This document shows positions 9,551 through 18,202 of a DNA stretch of 64,000 bases, piece after piece. Position numbers and translations under genes: made by a program. Below the pieces are notes generated by a model. It saw only the letters and a program-made list of their open reading frames with translations. It was not told where the DNA came from and ran no database searches. Each line of letters starts with the position of its first letter. Position 1 is the stretch's first letter. The DNA is from a virus (Duplodnaviria; Caudoviricetes). The stretch lies in the IMG/VR virus record IMGVR_UViG_3300025913_000019; one strand, given 5' to 3'.

Positions 9551-10617
9551 ACCGCCACCAGCTCTTCAAGGCTCAGCTTGCGACCGGAGAGCTTCGGCTT
9601 GAAGCTCTCCATGTCGTTGAACAGCGATGCCGCCGACAGGTACTCGAGTGCGCCGTCTTCCTGCGGCGCCGCCTGCACCTTGTCCGAGCCGTCCACGAAC
9701 TCCTCCATGTAGCTGATGTTCAGCGGAGGCAGCTTGCGGCTCGTGAGGCCGATGCCGTTCGTGGCCTTGATCTCACGGTAGTCGATGTGGTCGCAGAGGA
9801 TGCCCTCGTTGAGACCCAGGATCGGGCCATGCGAGAACAGGTACTGCGCCCACTGCTTCTCCTGGTCGGCCGCCGTGCGGTAGATCTGCAGCGCGCGCTC
9901 GCGGTTGTCGCCGATGATCTGCACGAACTCCGGATCGTCCTTCGGCAGCGCTTTCAGGATGTGCATGACCAGCGACAGGTGGATGTTCTCGTCACGAGCG
10001 ATCAGCTTCACGACGTCACCCGAACCCGAACACAGCAGGCGCTTCTTGAAGTTGAAGACCGTGGCGAAGAAGTTGAAGAAGCGTAGGGCCTCCAGCGCGT
10101 TGGCCTCGCACAGCGCGAGATACAGGTTCTCCTTCGTCGGGTTCGTCTTCATCCGATCGTAGGCATCGGAGATCGCGGCCGCGCAGTCCGTGATGGCGGT
10201 GATGCCAGGGATCGCATCCACCACGGCAGTGCCGCCGTCAGGGTACACGGCTTGCAGGATGTGCGTGTAGCTCTCGCTGTGGATGGTCTCGAACTGCTGC
10301 CAGGTCGTGATGCAGTTGCTCAGGCTCGGGTCCGTGCAGCTGGGGCCGAAGACCAGAGTCGGCTCCTCGCCTTGCTTCGTATCCAGCATGATCGCACGCT
10401 GGAGGCCCGACGTGAAGATGAACTGCTCGGCGTCGGTCATCGAGTTGTAGGACCGTCGCTCCCCGGACATGGTCACCGTCTCGGGCTCCCAGTTGAAGCT
10501 GCGCATCAACTTGTTGAGCTTGTCGAAGATCGGGTAGCGCGGCTTGTCGTAGCGCGCGATGGGCTTGCCTTCCGGCGCGAAGAAGAGCTGGCTCGGGTTG
10601 GAGTAAAGGGGTCGCAT
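9547..10617 (-). CDS. nrdB: ribonucleotide reductase class Ia beta subunit
   Basis: Di-metal ligands LDTKQG, ETIHSESY (with radical Tyr), EALRFF, DENIH. Confidence 0.93.
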   Translation of the reverse strand: MRPLYSNPSQLFFAPEGKPIARYDKPRYPIFDKLNKLMRSFNWEPETVTMSGERRSYNSMTDAEQFIFTSGLQRAIMLDTKQGEEPTLVFGPSCTDPSLSNCITTWQQFETIHSESYTHILQAVYPDGGTAVVDAIPGITAITDCAAAISDAYDRMKTNPTKENLYLALCEANALEALRFFNFFATVFNFKKRLLCSGSGDVVKLIARDENIHLSLVMHILKALPKDDPEFVQIIGDNRERALQIYRTAADQEKQWAQYLFSHGPILGLNEGILCDHIDYREIKATNGIGLTSRKLPPLNISYMEEFVDGSDKVQAAPQEDGALEYLSAASLFNDMESFKPKLSGRKLSLEELVAV

Positions 10618-10626
10618 CTTTGTTCC

Positions 10627-12993
10627 TCAAATCTTGCAGGCGCCGGACTCGCAGCCGTCGTCTTCGGTTTCCTCGACGCCGAGCTTCGGCGGCTTGCGCA
10701 CGTTCGAGTAGTACGCAGTCTTGTAGCCGAGGTCGTACATGAGCGTGAAGATGGAAGCGAACGTGGACAGCAGGACCTTGCCCGTCTTCGGATCGCGCGC
10801 CATCTTCATCGGGTCGAAGCTGTTGTTGATCGAGATGGCCTGATCGTAGTAGTGCTGCTGCGGAGCCAGCGTCTTCAGGTACGCCACAGGATCGACTTCC
10901 CACTGGGTTTCGTACAGGTGGTTGTACTTCGCGAACTCCGGCACCACCTGCGGCAGCGATCCGTCCTTCGAGTCCTTGACCGTGACCAGGCTCTTCGGCG
11001 GTTCGTCGCCGTTGGTCTCGTTCGCCAGCTGGCTGCTGGTCTCGCTGGGCATGCCAGCCATGAGGGTTGCGTTGCGCGTACCGCCAGCGGCCTTCATGCG
11101 CTTACGCAGCGCTTCCCAGTCGAGAGTCTTGGGCAGCACCAGCTTCGAGTCCTCCCACGGGAACCAGCCATCGCTGTACTTCGTGCGCTTCTTGCACGGG
11201 CCCAGCTCTTCGGCCAGCTCGACCGATGCTTCGATCAGGTAGTAGCTGATGTGCTCGTACAGCTCGTTGACCATGGCGATGGTCTTGGCCTCGCCCCAGC
11301 GGAGACCGTGACGCACCATCCAGTGCGCGAAGCCGATGACGCCGATACCGAGCGGTCGGTACTCCTCGACCGACAGACGCGCTTCTTCTAGCGGATAATC
11401 CTGGTAGCTGAGCAGCGAGTCCTTGGTGCGGACCGCGATACGGCAGACGCGACGCAGCTCGTCCTTGCCGGCCTGCGTGCTGAGGTCGACCTTGCCCAGG
11501 TTGATGGCGCCCAGGGTGCAGAGGGCGATGCGACCGACGCTGTGGTCTTCGGCGCTGACCGGCGTCGTCGCCAGACAGATTTCGACGCACAGATTGGTGC
11601 TCGTCACCGCTTCCAGGAACGGCGTCTGCGTGTTGACCGTGTCGGCGAACATGCAGTAGACACGGCCGGTCTCGAAGCGCTCGAGTAGGAACTTCTGCGC
11701 CATCTCGGCGGCAGGGATCTGGCGCTTCGTGATCTTCGGGTCGGCCTCGTACTTCTCGTACAGAGCCTTGAACTTCTTGAGGTCCGGGCTGTAGAAGGCT
11801 TCATAGAGGCCGGGGACTTCCTCCGGGCTGAAGAGCGTGACGTGCTTGTCCTGCGACCAGCGCTCGAAGAACAGGCCGTTGAAGGCCGGCACGTAGTCCA
11901 GGGTCCGGACGCGCGTCTCGTCGGTGCCCTTCTCGTTCTTGAGCTCGATGAGGGACTCCCACTCGAGGTGCCAGAACATGTAGTTGTAGGTGGCACTCGC
12001 GCCGCGGACGCCGCCCTGGGCGCTGGACTTCAGGTCGCCGTTGAACTTCTTGATGAACGGGATCTGGCCGGTGCTGATGGCTTCGCCGCCGCGGATCGGC
12101 TGGTTGACAGCACGGATGCGGCCGCCGTCGATGCCGATGCCGGCCTTCTTCGATGCGTAGCGCAGGATGGCCTGGCCAGCGCGCTCGATCGAATCGAGGC
12201 TGTCGCCAGCGCTGATGACGACACAGCTGGAGAACTGCTTGACGAGGGTGCGGACGCCAGCCATGACCGGAGTCGGCTCCGACAGGCTGTGCGTCGAGAT
12301 CGCGTCGTAGTAGTCCTTGATAGACTTCATCCGCGTCTCGCGCGGCTCGTTGCTGCACAGCGTGGCCGCGACCATGATGTACGGGAACTGGAACGACTCG
12401 GTGGGCTTCCGGGTCTTGCGGTTCTGACACAGGTACTTGAGTCGCATCTGCTCGGCGCCTGCGTAGCGGAACAGGTCGTCACGCGTGTGATCGATCATGC
12501 GGTTCAGCTGGTCGATCTCGTCTTCGTCGTACAGCTCGTAGATCGCCGGATCGTAGAACTTCATCTTCACGTTCTTGGCGATGACGTAGCTGAGGTGCGG
12601 CGGATGGTTCTGCCCGAACGCTTCCTTCCGGACCTTGAACCAGACCAGGCGTGCTGCCACCTGGTCGTAGTTCGGCGTGTCCTCGGAGATGAGGTCGCGC
12701 GCCGACGCGATCAGCGTGTCATGGATCTGGCTGGTCTTCATCTTGTCGAAGAACTGCAGCTCTGCATTGGCCTCGATGTCGGCGACCGAGACCCCACGGA
12801 TCGGGCCCATGTTCTCGTCGCCGTTGACTGCCCACTCGAGCACCGCGTGGATCTTGTCGATGTCGCGCTCTTGCAGCGATCCGTCACGCTTGGTGACACG
12901 AGCCTTCGACTGGATCTTCGGGGCCGGCACCGCGTTGCCTGCGTCAGCGATTGCAACTGCGGCGGTGTTGTCAGTTTTGTCCATGTGTTCCAT
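10627..12993 (-). CDS. nrdA: ribonucleotide reductase class I alpha subunit with N-terminal ATP cone
   Basis: VTKRDG ATP cone, SSCVV, TNLCVEI, CTLGAINL, RPLGIGV, MPSETSSQ, KTAYY, C-terminal CESGACKI. Confidence 0.96.
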   Translation of the reverse strand: MEHMDKTDNTAAVAIADAGNAVPAPKIQSKARVTKRDGSLQERDIDKIHAVLEWAVNGDENMGPIRGVSVADIEANAELQFFDKMKTSQIHDTLIASARDLISEDTPNYDQVAARLVWFKVRKEAFGQNHPPHLSYVIAKNVKMKFYDPAIYELYDEDEIDQLNRMIDHTRDDLFRYAGAEQMRLKYLCQNRKTRKPTESFQFPYIMVAATLCSNEPRETRMKSIKDYYDAISTHSLSEPTPVMAGVRTLVKQFSSCVVISAGDSLDSIERAGQAILRYASKKAGIGIDGGRIRAVNQPIRGGEAISTGQIPFIKKFNGDLKSSAQGGVRGASATYNYMFWHLEWESLIELKNEKGTDETRVRTLDYVPAFNGLFFERWSQDKHVTLFSPEEVPGLYEAFYSPDLKKFKALYEKYEADPKITKRQIPAAEMAQKFLLERFETGRVYCMFADTVNTQTPFLEAVTSTNLCVEICLATTPVSAEDHSVGRIALCTLGAINLGKVDLSTQAGKDELRRVCRIAVRTKDSLLSYQDYPLEEARLSVEEYRPLGIGVIGFAHWMVRHGLRWGEAKTIAMVNELYEHISYYLIEASVELAEELGPCKKRTKYSDGWFPWEDSKLVLPKTLDWEALRKRMKAAGGTRNATLMAGMPSETSSQLANETNGDEPPKSLVTVKDSKDGSLPQVVPEFAKYNHLYETQWEVDPVAYLKTLAPQQHYYDQAISINNSFDPMKMARDPKTGKVLLSTFASIFTLMYDLGYKTAYYSNVRKPPKLGVEETEDDGCESGACKI

Positions 12994-13018
12994 TCCAGTA
13001 GTTGATCGGATTCGGTGC

Positions 13019-14152
13019 TCAGCAGGCGCGGTCGTGGATCAGGTAGTCGCGCCAGATGTCGGCGCTCTTGCGCACGTACTGGATGAGGGTACGCTTCTGG
13101 CGCTGCTGGACCGAGTCGTTGCCGCTCTTGATCCAGGTGTGATGCATCACGTTCGCGATCTCGGTCACGTTGTTCGGGTCGGCCTGGTAGGCATCGTCGA
13201 GCCACGGGATGTTGGCGCCGACGACCGGCACGTCGCAGACCACGGAGTCGGCGAGCACGATATTGAAGGTCTCCGAGTTCGACACCTGGGAGACGATGTC
13301 CATCTCGGTCAGCAGCTTCATGAAGTCGTGATGGTCCATCCACGGGACCTCGACCAGCTCGTGCGGCTTCATGCGCTCGAACAGGGACTTCAGGCTCCGC
13401 AGCAGCGCGTCGCCCTTGTTCTCGATGCGGCTCGCGTTGATGTAGAACTTGAGCTTGAGGCCCAGCCGCGATGCGACCTTGAGGGCTGCCAGCGCCTGGT
13501 TCATGTTGTTCTTCAGCGGACGGATGGCGCCGAAGCAACCGACGTGGAACTCGCCGTGGTGCTTGACCTTCTGGTGACGGATGACCAGGAGCTGCAGCCA
13601 CTCGCGCGGCAGCGACAGGTGCGTGTTGAAGTCGTAGTAGTTCGGCAGGTAGACGATGCGACCGGGCCGCTCGACATCCGAGTCGCGCACGAGTTCGCGG
13701 ATCTCGCGCGCCGCGTCGGGGCTGTTGAAGCCGACGGTGATGCCGCGCTCCAGGTAGTCCAGCGCCCAGCCGAACACCGTGCCCTCGTGAGCCAGGAACT
13801 CGGTGTTCGAGTGACAGCGGACCATCCACTCGATCTCGGGATTCATGGCCGCCAGCACCTTGAACTTGTCGGGCACGACCCAAAAGCCTTCGATGATGAC
13901 ATGGGTCGGCGCGTAGGACACGACCTCCTGGTGGATGAAGTTGTTGTCCTGGACCTGGACGAGCTTGGCCTCGATGCCCATGTCTTCCAGAGCCTTGACC
14001 ATCTGCTTGACGCTGACGCTCATGCCCGAAGGGAGCAGGCCGCCGTTGGCACTGTAGCCCCAAGTGCCGTAGCCACCGCTGGGCCTGGCCTTGAGGACGA
14101 AGAGGACACGAGGACAATGGTGGTGGTGATGTGGTGCGTGACCGAAGTTCAT
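13019..14152 (-). CDS. GT-B fold (GT4-like) glycosyltransferase
   Basis: VGCFGAIRPLKN and SETFNIVLADSVVCDVPVVG resemble the GT4 nucleotide-sugar binding motifs. Confidence 0.75.
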   Translation of the reverse strand: MNFGHAPHHHHHCPRVLFVLKARPSGGYGTWGYSANGGLLPSGMSVSVKQMVKALEDMGIEAKLVQVQDNNFIHQEVVSYAPTHVIIEGFWVVPDKFKVLAAMNPEIEWMVRCHSNTEFLAHEGTVFGWALDYLERGITVGFNSPDAAREIRELVRDSDVERPGRIVYLPNYYDFNTHLSLPREWLQLLVIRHQKVKHHGEFHVGCFGAIRPLKNNMNQALAALKVASRLGLKLKFYINASRIENKGDALLRSLKSLFERMKPHELVEVPWMDHHDFMKLLTEMDIVSQVSNSETFNIVLADSVVCDVPVVGANIPWLDDAYQADPNNVTEIANVMHHTWIKSGNDSVQQRQKRTLIQYVRKSADIWRDYLIHDRAC

Positions 14153-14210
14153 GAACTTTCCTTTGGAGTCGCCAAAGGGTCCGCTTGGGACCCGTTGACC
14201 TCTATTTACC
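14145..14210 (-). promoter_or_regulatory. GTAAATAG motif followed by two hairpins and a 14-bp palindrome over the glycosyltransferase start codon
   Basis: GGGTCC/GGACCC (14177-14193), CTTTGG/CCAAAG (14161-14177), AAGTTCATGAACTT (14145-14158). Confidence 0.5.
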
Positions 14211-14217
14211 GTTTGAA

Positions 14218-15702
14218 TCAGAAGTACGGGAGCCCACGGTATGCTCCGTAGGCACCGCCGTACAGGCTCGCGGGACTGATGGTGATGCCCACCGCTCCCA
14301 TGGCGCCACGCTGCAGGGCGCCGAAGTTGCCGTCTCCATTGGGGCCCGATCCATCCCCGTTTTGGTTCCCCTTGATGATGAGGTTCTGCTTGAACGGCTT
14401 GAGCTCGTTGTCCAGTGCCGACTGGATCTTCGAGGCCATGTTGTCGAGGTACTGCGTGCGATCCACATCGAGACTGATGTTGGCGCCGCTGAAGTTGAAT
14501 GCCTTCTCACCCTCCAGGAGATACTGCGCTTCGAGCGCGTACTTCTCTGCGCACAGCAGCCAGTACTCGCGCACCGGCCCCATGGCGTTCGTCATCGTCA
14601 GGCTGGAGAAGACGCCCGCGTAGCCGTTGAAGAAGTCCATGCCGCGGCGCAGCCACTTCATGATCTCGGTCGACGGGAACAGGGAGTCCGGCGTGCCATA
14701 CAGCGTCGTGCGTGCCTTGTTGATCTTCGCCTTCACATCCTCGATGGCTTGGATCATCGAGTCGGTGACGATCCACAGCTCGGTGGCCTGACGGAAGGTC
14801 TGCGCCGGCACGTTCCAGAACTTCCAGTTGATCTGATACGGCACGCAGCTGGGCGGGAGACTCGTCGTGTCGATGGTGGCGCTCACGCAGTAGCCGCCCG
14901 CGATCTTCTCCGGGTTGAGGACCGGCATCGAAGCCAGCACCTGACCGCCTTGACGCAGCTCCACCACGTAGTTCTGGTACAGGTCCTTGGTCGCGAACAG
15001 GACGGTCGCGGGATCACCCTGCATCTCGATCGAAGGCTGGCAACCCAGCTGCACATCGATCAGACCTTCGACCGTGATGGCTTCGAACTGGTAGATGTTC
15101 TGCTCGCCGACTCGCAGCGTATAGCGCAGCTGGTAAGGCTTGCCGACCGACGGCGGGATCGACGACGGCACGTTGATGACCGAGCGAGCGATCACCGTGT
15201 TGGCAACGCCCGTAGCCATGATGCGCATGTCGAAGGCATTGCCCGAGGCGTAGACGGTGCCCGTCTCGTCCAGGATGTCCCACAGCACGTAACCACCGCT
15301 GGGATCGAACGTGTTGGGGAACGGGATGGCAGCGACCGCGACCGCGCTCTTGCCCGCCTGGATCGAACCCACGAGGTCCTGGTACGAGTCGGGGTCTGCG
15401 TTCGGGTACGGATCGAACGAATCGGAGATGACGTTGAGCGCCACCGTGAGCACGAACGTGCGCAGGTTGGTCACGAACGTCAGCGGCCAGCCGTAGCTCA
15501 CGCCAGTCGAGCCACCGGTGGCCGTGAATGCGACAGGCAGCGCGGTGCCGCTGGTCACGGTCAGGGTCGGCGCACCCGTGTCCGCAGGCGTGACGGCACC
15601 GACCGAGATCGATGTCACGGTCTCACCTGCTTGCAGCGCCGGCGTGAACTGGTTCGAGATGTCGGACCCGTCCTTGGTGAAGACGTAGAGCTTTTGCATC
15701 AT
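14218..15702 (-). CDS. probable virion structural protein (beta-rich N-terminus, possibly neck/adaptor-like C-terminus)
   Basis: 494 aa with Thr/Val-rich beta-strand pattern and a helical C-terminal region; structural role inferred from composition and context. Confidence 0.5.
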   Translation of the reverse strand: MMQKLYVFTKDGSDISNQFTPALQAGETVTSISVGAVTPADTGAPTLTVTSGTALPVAFTATGGSTGVSYGWPLTFVTNLRTFVLTVALNVISDSFDPYPNADPDSYQDLVGSIQAGKSAVAVAAIPFPNTFDPSGGYVLWDILDETGTVYASGNAFDMRIMATGVANTVIARSVINVPSSIPPSVGKPYQLRYTLRVGEQNIYQFEAITVEGLIDVQLGCQPSIEMQGDPATVLFATKDLYQNYVVELRQGGQVLASMPVLNPEKIAGGYCVSATIDTTSLPPSCVPYQINWKFWNVPAQTFRQATELWIVTDSMIQAIEDVKAKINKARTTLYGTPDSLFPSTEIMKWLRRGMDFFNGYAGVFSSLTMTNAMGPVREYWLLCAEKYALEAQYLLEGEKAFNFSGANISLDVDRTQYLDNMASKIQSALDNELKPFKQNLIIKGNQNGDGSGPNGDGNFGALQRGAMGAVGITISPASLYGGAYGAYRGLPYF

Positions 15703-16709
15703 CAGCCTTTGGGTACGTGATAGAGACGGGGAAGCCCCTGCTCATTGAACTTGGCGAGCGACGGCCACGTGATCTGCACGGGAGCGCCCGTGTAGTGGAG
15801 CCGGAACTTGAACGCGTAGGTCTTGCCCGCCTTGTCGAGTTCGCCCTTGATGGCACGACCGTTCTTTTCCAGGATCGCAGGGCCCGGGACGAAGCCGTCC
15901 ATCTTGTGCAACGACTTGAAGTACGAGGCGTCGACACGCGGACCATACTGATCCGTGTTCTTCTCTTCCTCCTGTGTGCGCTGCAGGCCGGTCTTGTACT
16001 CGTAGTCGTCGGTGGGATCGAAGCGTCGGGGGTCGAGGCCAACGTGCACCATCCAACGCTGCCAATCCGGCCCGTGGCCCTGCGCTGTGCGGTCGTGTAC
16101 GTGATCCACCGTCCACACCGCCTGGTGGCACATTTCGTGGAGAAAAACCTCCAGAAAGAAGGGCAAACGGGCGTTCCACATGATCGTATTGAACCAGAGG
16201 AATTTGGTCCGAAAACCGGCTTCTCCGACGTGCAAACCGCGTGTCGATGGGCGACTGCCGATGCCCGGAACCTTTGCGTCCGAGACCAATTTCGGCAGCT
16301 TCATGCGGCCCTGGAACTTGTGCTCGTTGTAGTACTCCCACAGCGCCTTCATGAAGGCTTGCCGCTTGGAATCCGAGACCTGCGCCTTCTGGTACATGGC
16401 CTCGAGTTCCGGGGTCACACCGCTCGACTTGGACAGGTGGGTGTCAGTCGCCTTCTTCTCGGTGCGCTTGCCGGCGTCGATGAAACGCACGACGTTGTTG
16501 CTGGGGCTGACGCCGAGCTTGCCCACATCCGGGATGTCGTAGACGGCGACCGTACCCTTGGCCGCCATCGTCGGCTTGACCGAGATGACCTTCGGGTTGA
16601 AGAAGCGGAACTTGAAGGTGTAGGTCGCTGCTTCCTCGTCAGCCTTGATGAGGCTCAGCTCCGTGAAGCTGAGCCGCGTCAGCAGCGACTTGACTTCGGT
16701 GATGTTCAT
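15702..16709 (-). CDS. SprT-like zinc metalloprotease
   Basis: LEVFLHEMCHQ (HExxH) followed by GHGPDW; start at ATGA overlap 16709. Confidence 0.8.
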   Translation of the reverse strand: MNITEVKSLLTRLSFTELSLIKADEEAATYTFKFRFFNPKVISVKPTMAAKGTVAVYDIPDVGKLGVSPSNNVVRFIDAGKRTEKKATDTHLSKSSGVTPELEAMYQKAQVSDSKRQAFMKALWEYYNEHKFQGRMKLPKLVSDAKVPGIGSRPSTRGLHVGEAGFRTKFLWFNTIMWNARLPFFLEVFLHEMCHQAVWTVDHVHDRTAQGHGPDWQRWMVHVGLDPRRFDPTDDYEYKTGLQRTQEEEKNTDQYGPRVDASYFKSLHKMDGFVPGPAILEKNGRAIKGELDKAGKTYAFKFRLHYTGAPVQITWPSLAKFNEQGLPRLYHVPKG

Positions 16710-17668
16710 TCCTGGGCTCCGTTCTTGCGAGTCCACTCCGACATCGCGTGCTCGAGCCTCGGGTGCATGGGCTCGGGCAGCTCGTCAGCGCCGCACCACT
16801 TGTAGTCTGTGTGCTCTTCGTTGAGCGTGGGCTCGAACTCGTCGGGCACGACAGCCATATGGTTGTGGAAGATGAAGTTGGGCTGGACGTCGCGATGCAT
16901 GAACAGCAGTTCGATGGGCTCATCGTAGCCGCACTCTTCCGAGAGCTCGCGCTTCGTGCCCTGATCGATGGTCTCGCCATCCTCGATGCCGCCGCCGGGA
17001 ACACACCAGGTGCCAGGGCAGTCGCCAGTCTCCGAACGCTTGATGAACAGGAAGCGACCCGTGGCCTGGCTGTAGAGCAGGACGCCGCCGCCGAAGCCGG
17101 TCTCGCGGCCAGCCTGCGTCCGTCGCTTGTAGGCGTCGAGCAGCACCTGCTGCGAGATCGCGGCCTTGACGACCTTGGCACCCGCAGCTTTGAGGCTCGC
17201 GAGCTTGGCTTCTGCGCGTTCGATTGCCTGCTCGGTCGACAAGGCCATGACGTCGAAGCTGACGATGTTCATCGTGCCGTCTTCTTCGTTGTAGCTGTCT
17301 GCGAGCTGAACGGTGAACTCGCGCTCGGTATCAGCGGTCAGCTTGCGCACCAGCTCTTCACCGACCGGGCGATCCATCGAGCCGATGTCCACGGACTCGG
17401 GATCGAAGTTGTGCCGACGCTCCGGCATCCGATCCAGCTTGTCGACCGCGACCGCGAGCTCGTGATCGGCGCTCATGCCATCGTGACGCGGGACCACGCG
17501 GTCGAGGTCTTCATCGGAGGCAGCGAGCTCGCGACCGCGGGCTTCCGACCAGGCAAGACCCGAGTACGGCAGGCCGTTGCGGCGTTCGTGCAGCCGCTGC
17601 AGAGCCATATCGATGTCGATCTTGGCCGCGAGCCTTGTCGCGGCGCGAAGTTCTTTGGGTTTGGTCAT
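16706..17668 (-). CDS. Nudix hydrolase with unknown N-terminal domain
   Basis: Nudix box GGGIEDGETIDQGTKRELSEECG, plus LNEEHTDYKW. Confidence 0.85.
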   Translation of the reverse strand: MTKPKELRAATRLAAKIDIDMALQRLHERRNGLPYSGLAWSEARGRELAASDEDLDRVVPRHDGMSADHELAVAVDKLDRMPERRHNFDPESVDIGSMDRPVGEELVRKLTADTEREFTVQLADSYNEEDGTMNIVSFDVMALSTEQAIERAEAKLASLKAAGAKVVKAAISQQVLLDAYKRRTQAGRETGFGGGVLLYSQATGRFLFIKRSETGDCPGTWCVPGGGIEDGETIDQGTKRELSEECGYDEPIELLFMHRDVQPNFIFHNHMAVVPDEFEPTLNEEHTDYKWCGADELPEPMHPRLEHAMSEWTRKNGAQE

Positions 17669-18201
17669 GACGGTGAGAGCGGATCGTTGAAGACGAGCTG
17701 GGTACCACGCATCATGAAGTTGCGTGTGTAGAGGTCCAGCCGGTTGAAGTGCTTGGCCATGAAGACGCAGAGCTGTCGCTCATCGATGCCCTTGGCGAAG
17801 CGGACAGCCTGCATCCACTCCGGGTACGAGAGTCGGGTCTGCTCACTGAAGCGCTTGAGGTCAGCACCCGGCGCCAGCGTCTGAAAGCCCAGGACCACAT
17901 CCTTGTCGGTCGCGGGCTTCAGAACCTTCATGAACACGATGTCGATTCGCTTGTCGTCCAGCGTCGACTCGTTGACATCGATGATCTCGGGCAGCCACGG
18001 GTTGCCCTTGTTCTTGCGACAGAACGCGACGTACTGCATGTACGCATCGTCGGCCTTGACGATCTTGACCGCCACGTCCTTCATCGTCGGGTGCTGGAAG
18101 ATGACGCCGAACTCACCGCTGGCGATCTCGGCGACGTCCAGGTCTCGAAGACGCTTGATGTACTCGTCGTAGGTCTCGGCCAGCAGTTGGTTCGGTCCCA
18201 T
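17665..18201 (-). CDS. Ser/Thr protein kinase resembling the T7 gp0.7 kinase domain
   Basis: SGEFGVIFQHP, VAVKIV, DAYMQYVAFCR..GNPWLPEI, catalytic loop DLYTRNFM, NDPLS. Confidence 0.75.
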   Translation of the reverse strand: MGPNQLLAETYDEYIKRLRDLDVAEIASGEFGVIFQHPTMKDVAVKIVKADDAYMQYVAFCRKNKGNPWLPEIIDVNESTLDDKRIDIVFMKVLKPATDKDVVLGFQTLAPGADLKRFSEQTRLSYPEWMQAVRFAKGIDERQLCVFMAKHFNRLDLYTRNFMMRGTQLVFNDPLSPS

Positions 18202-18202
18202 C

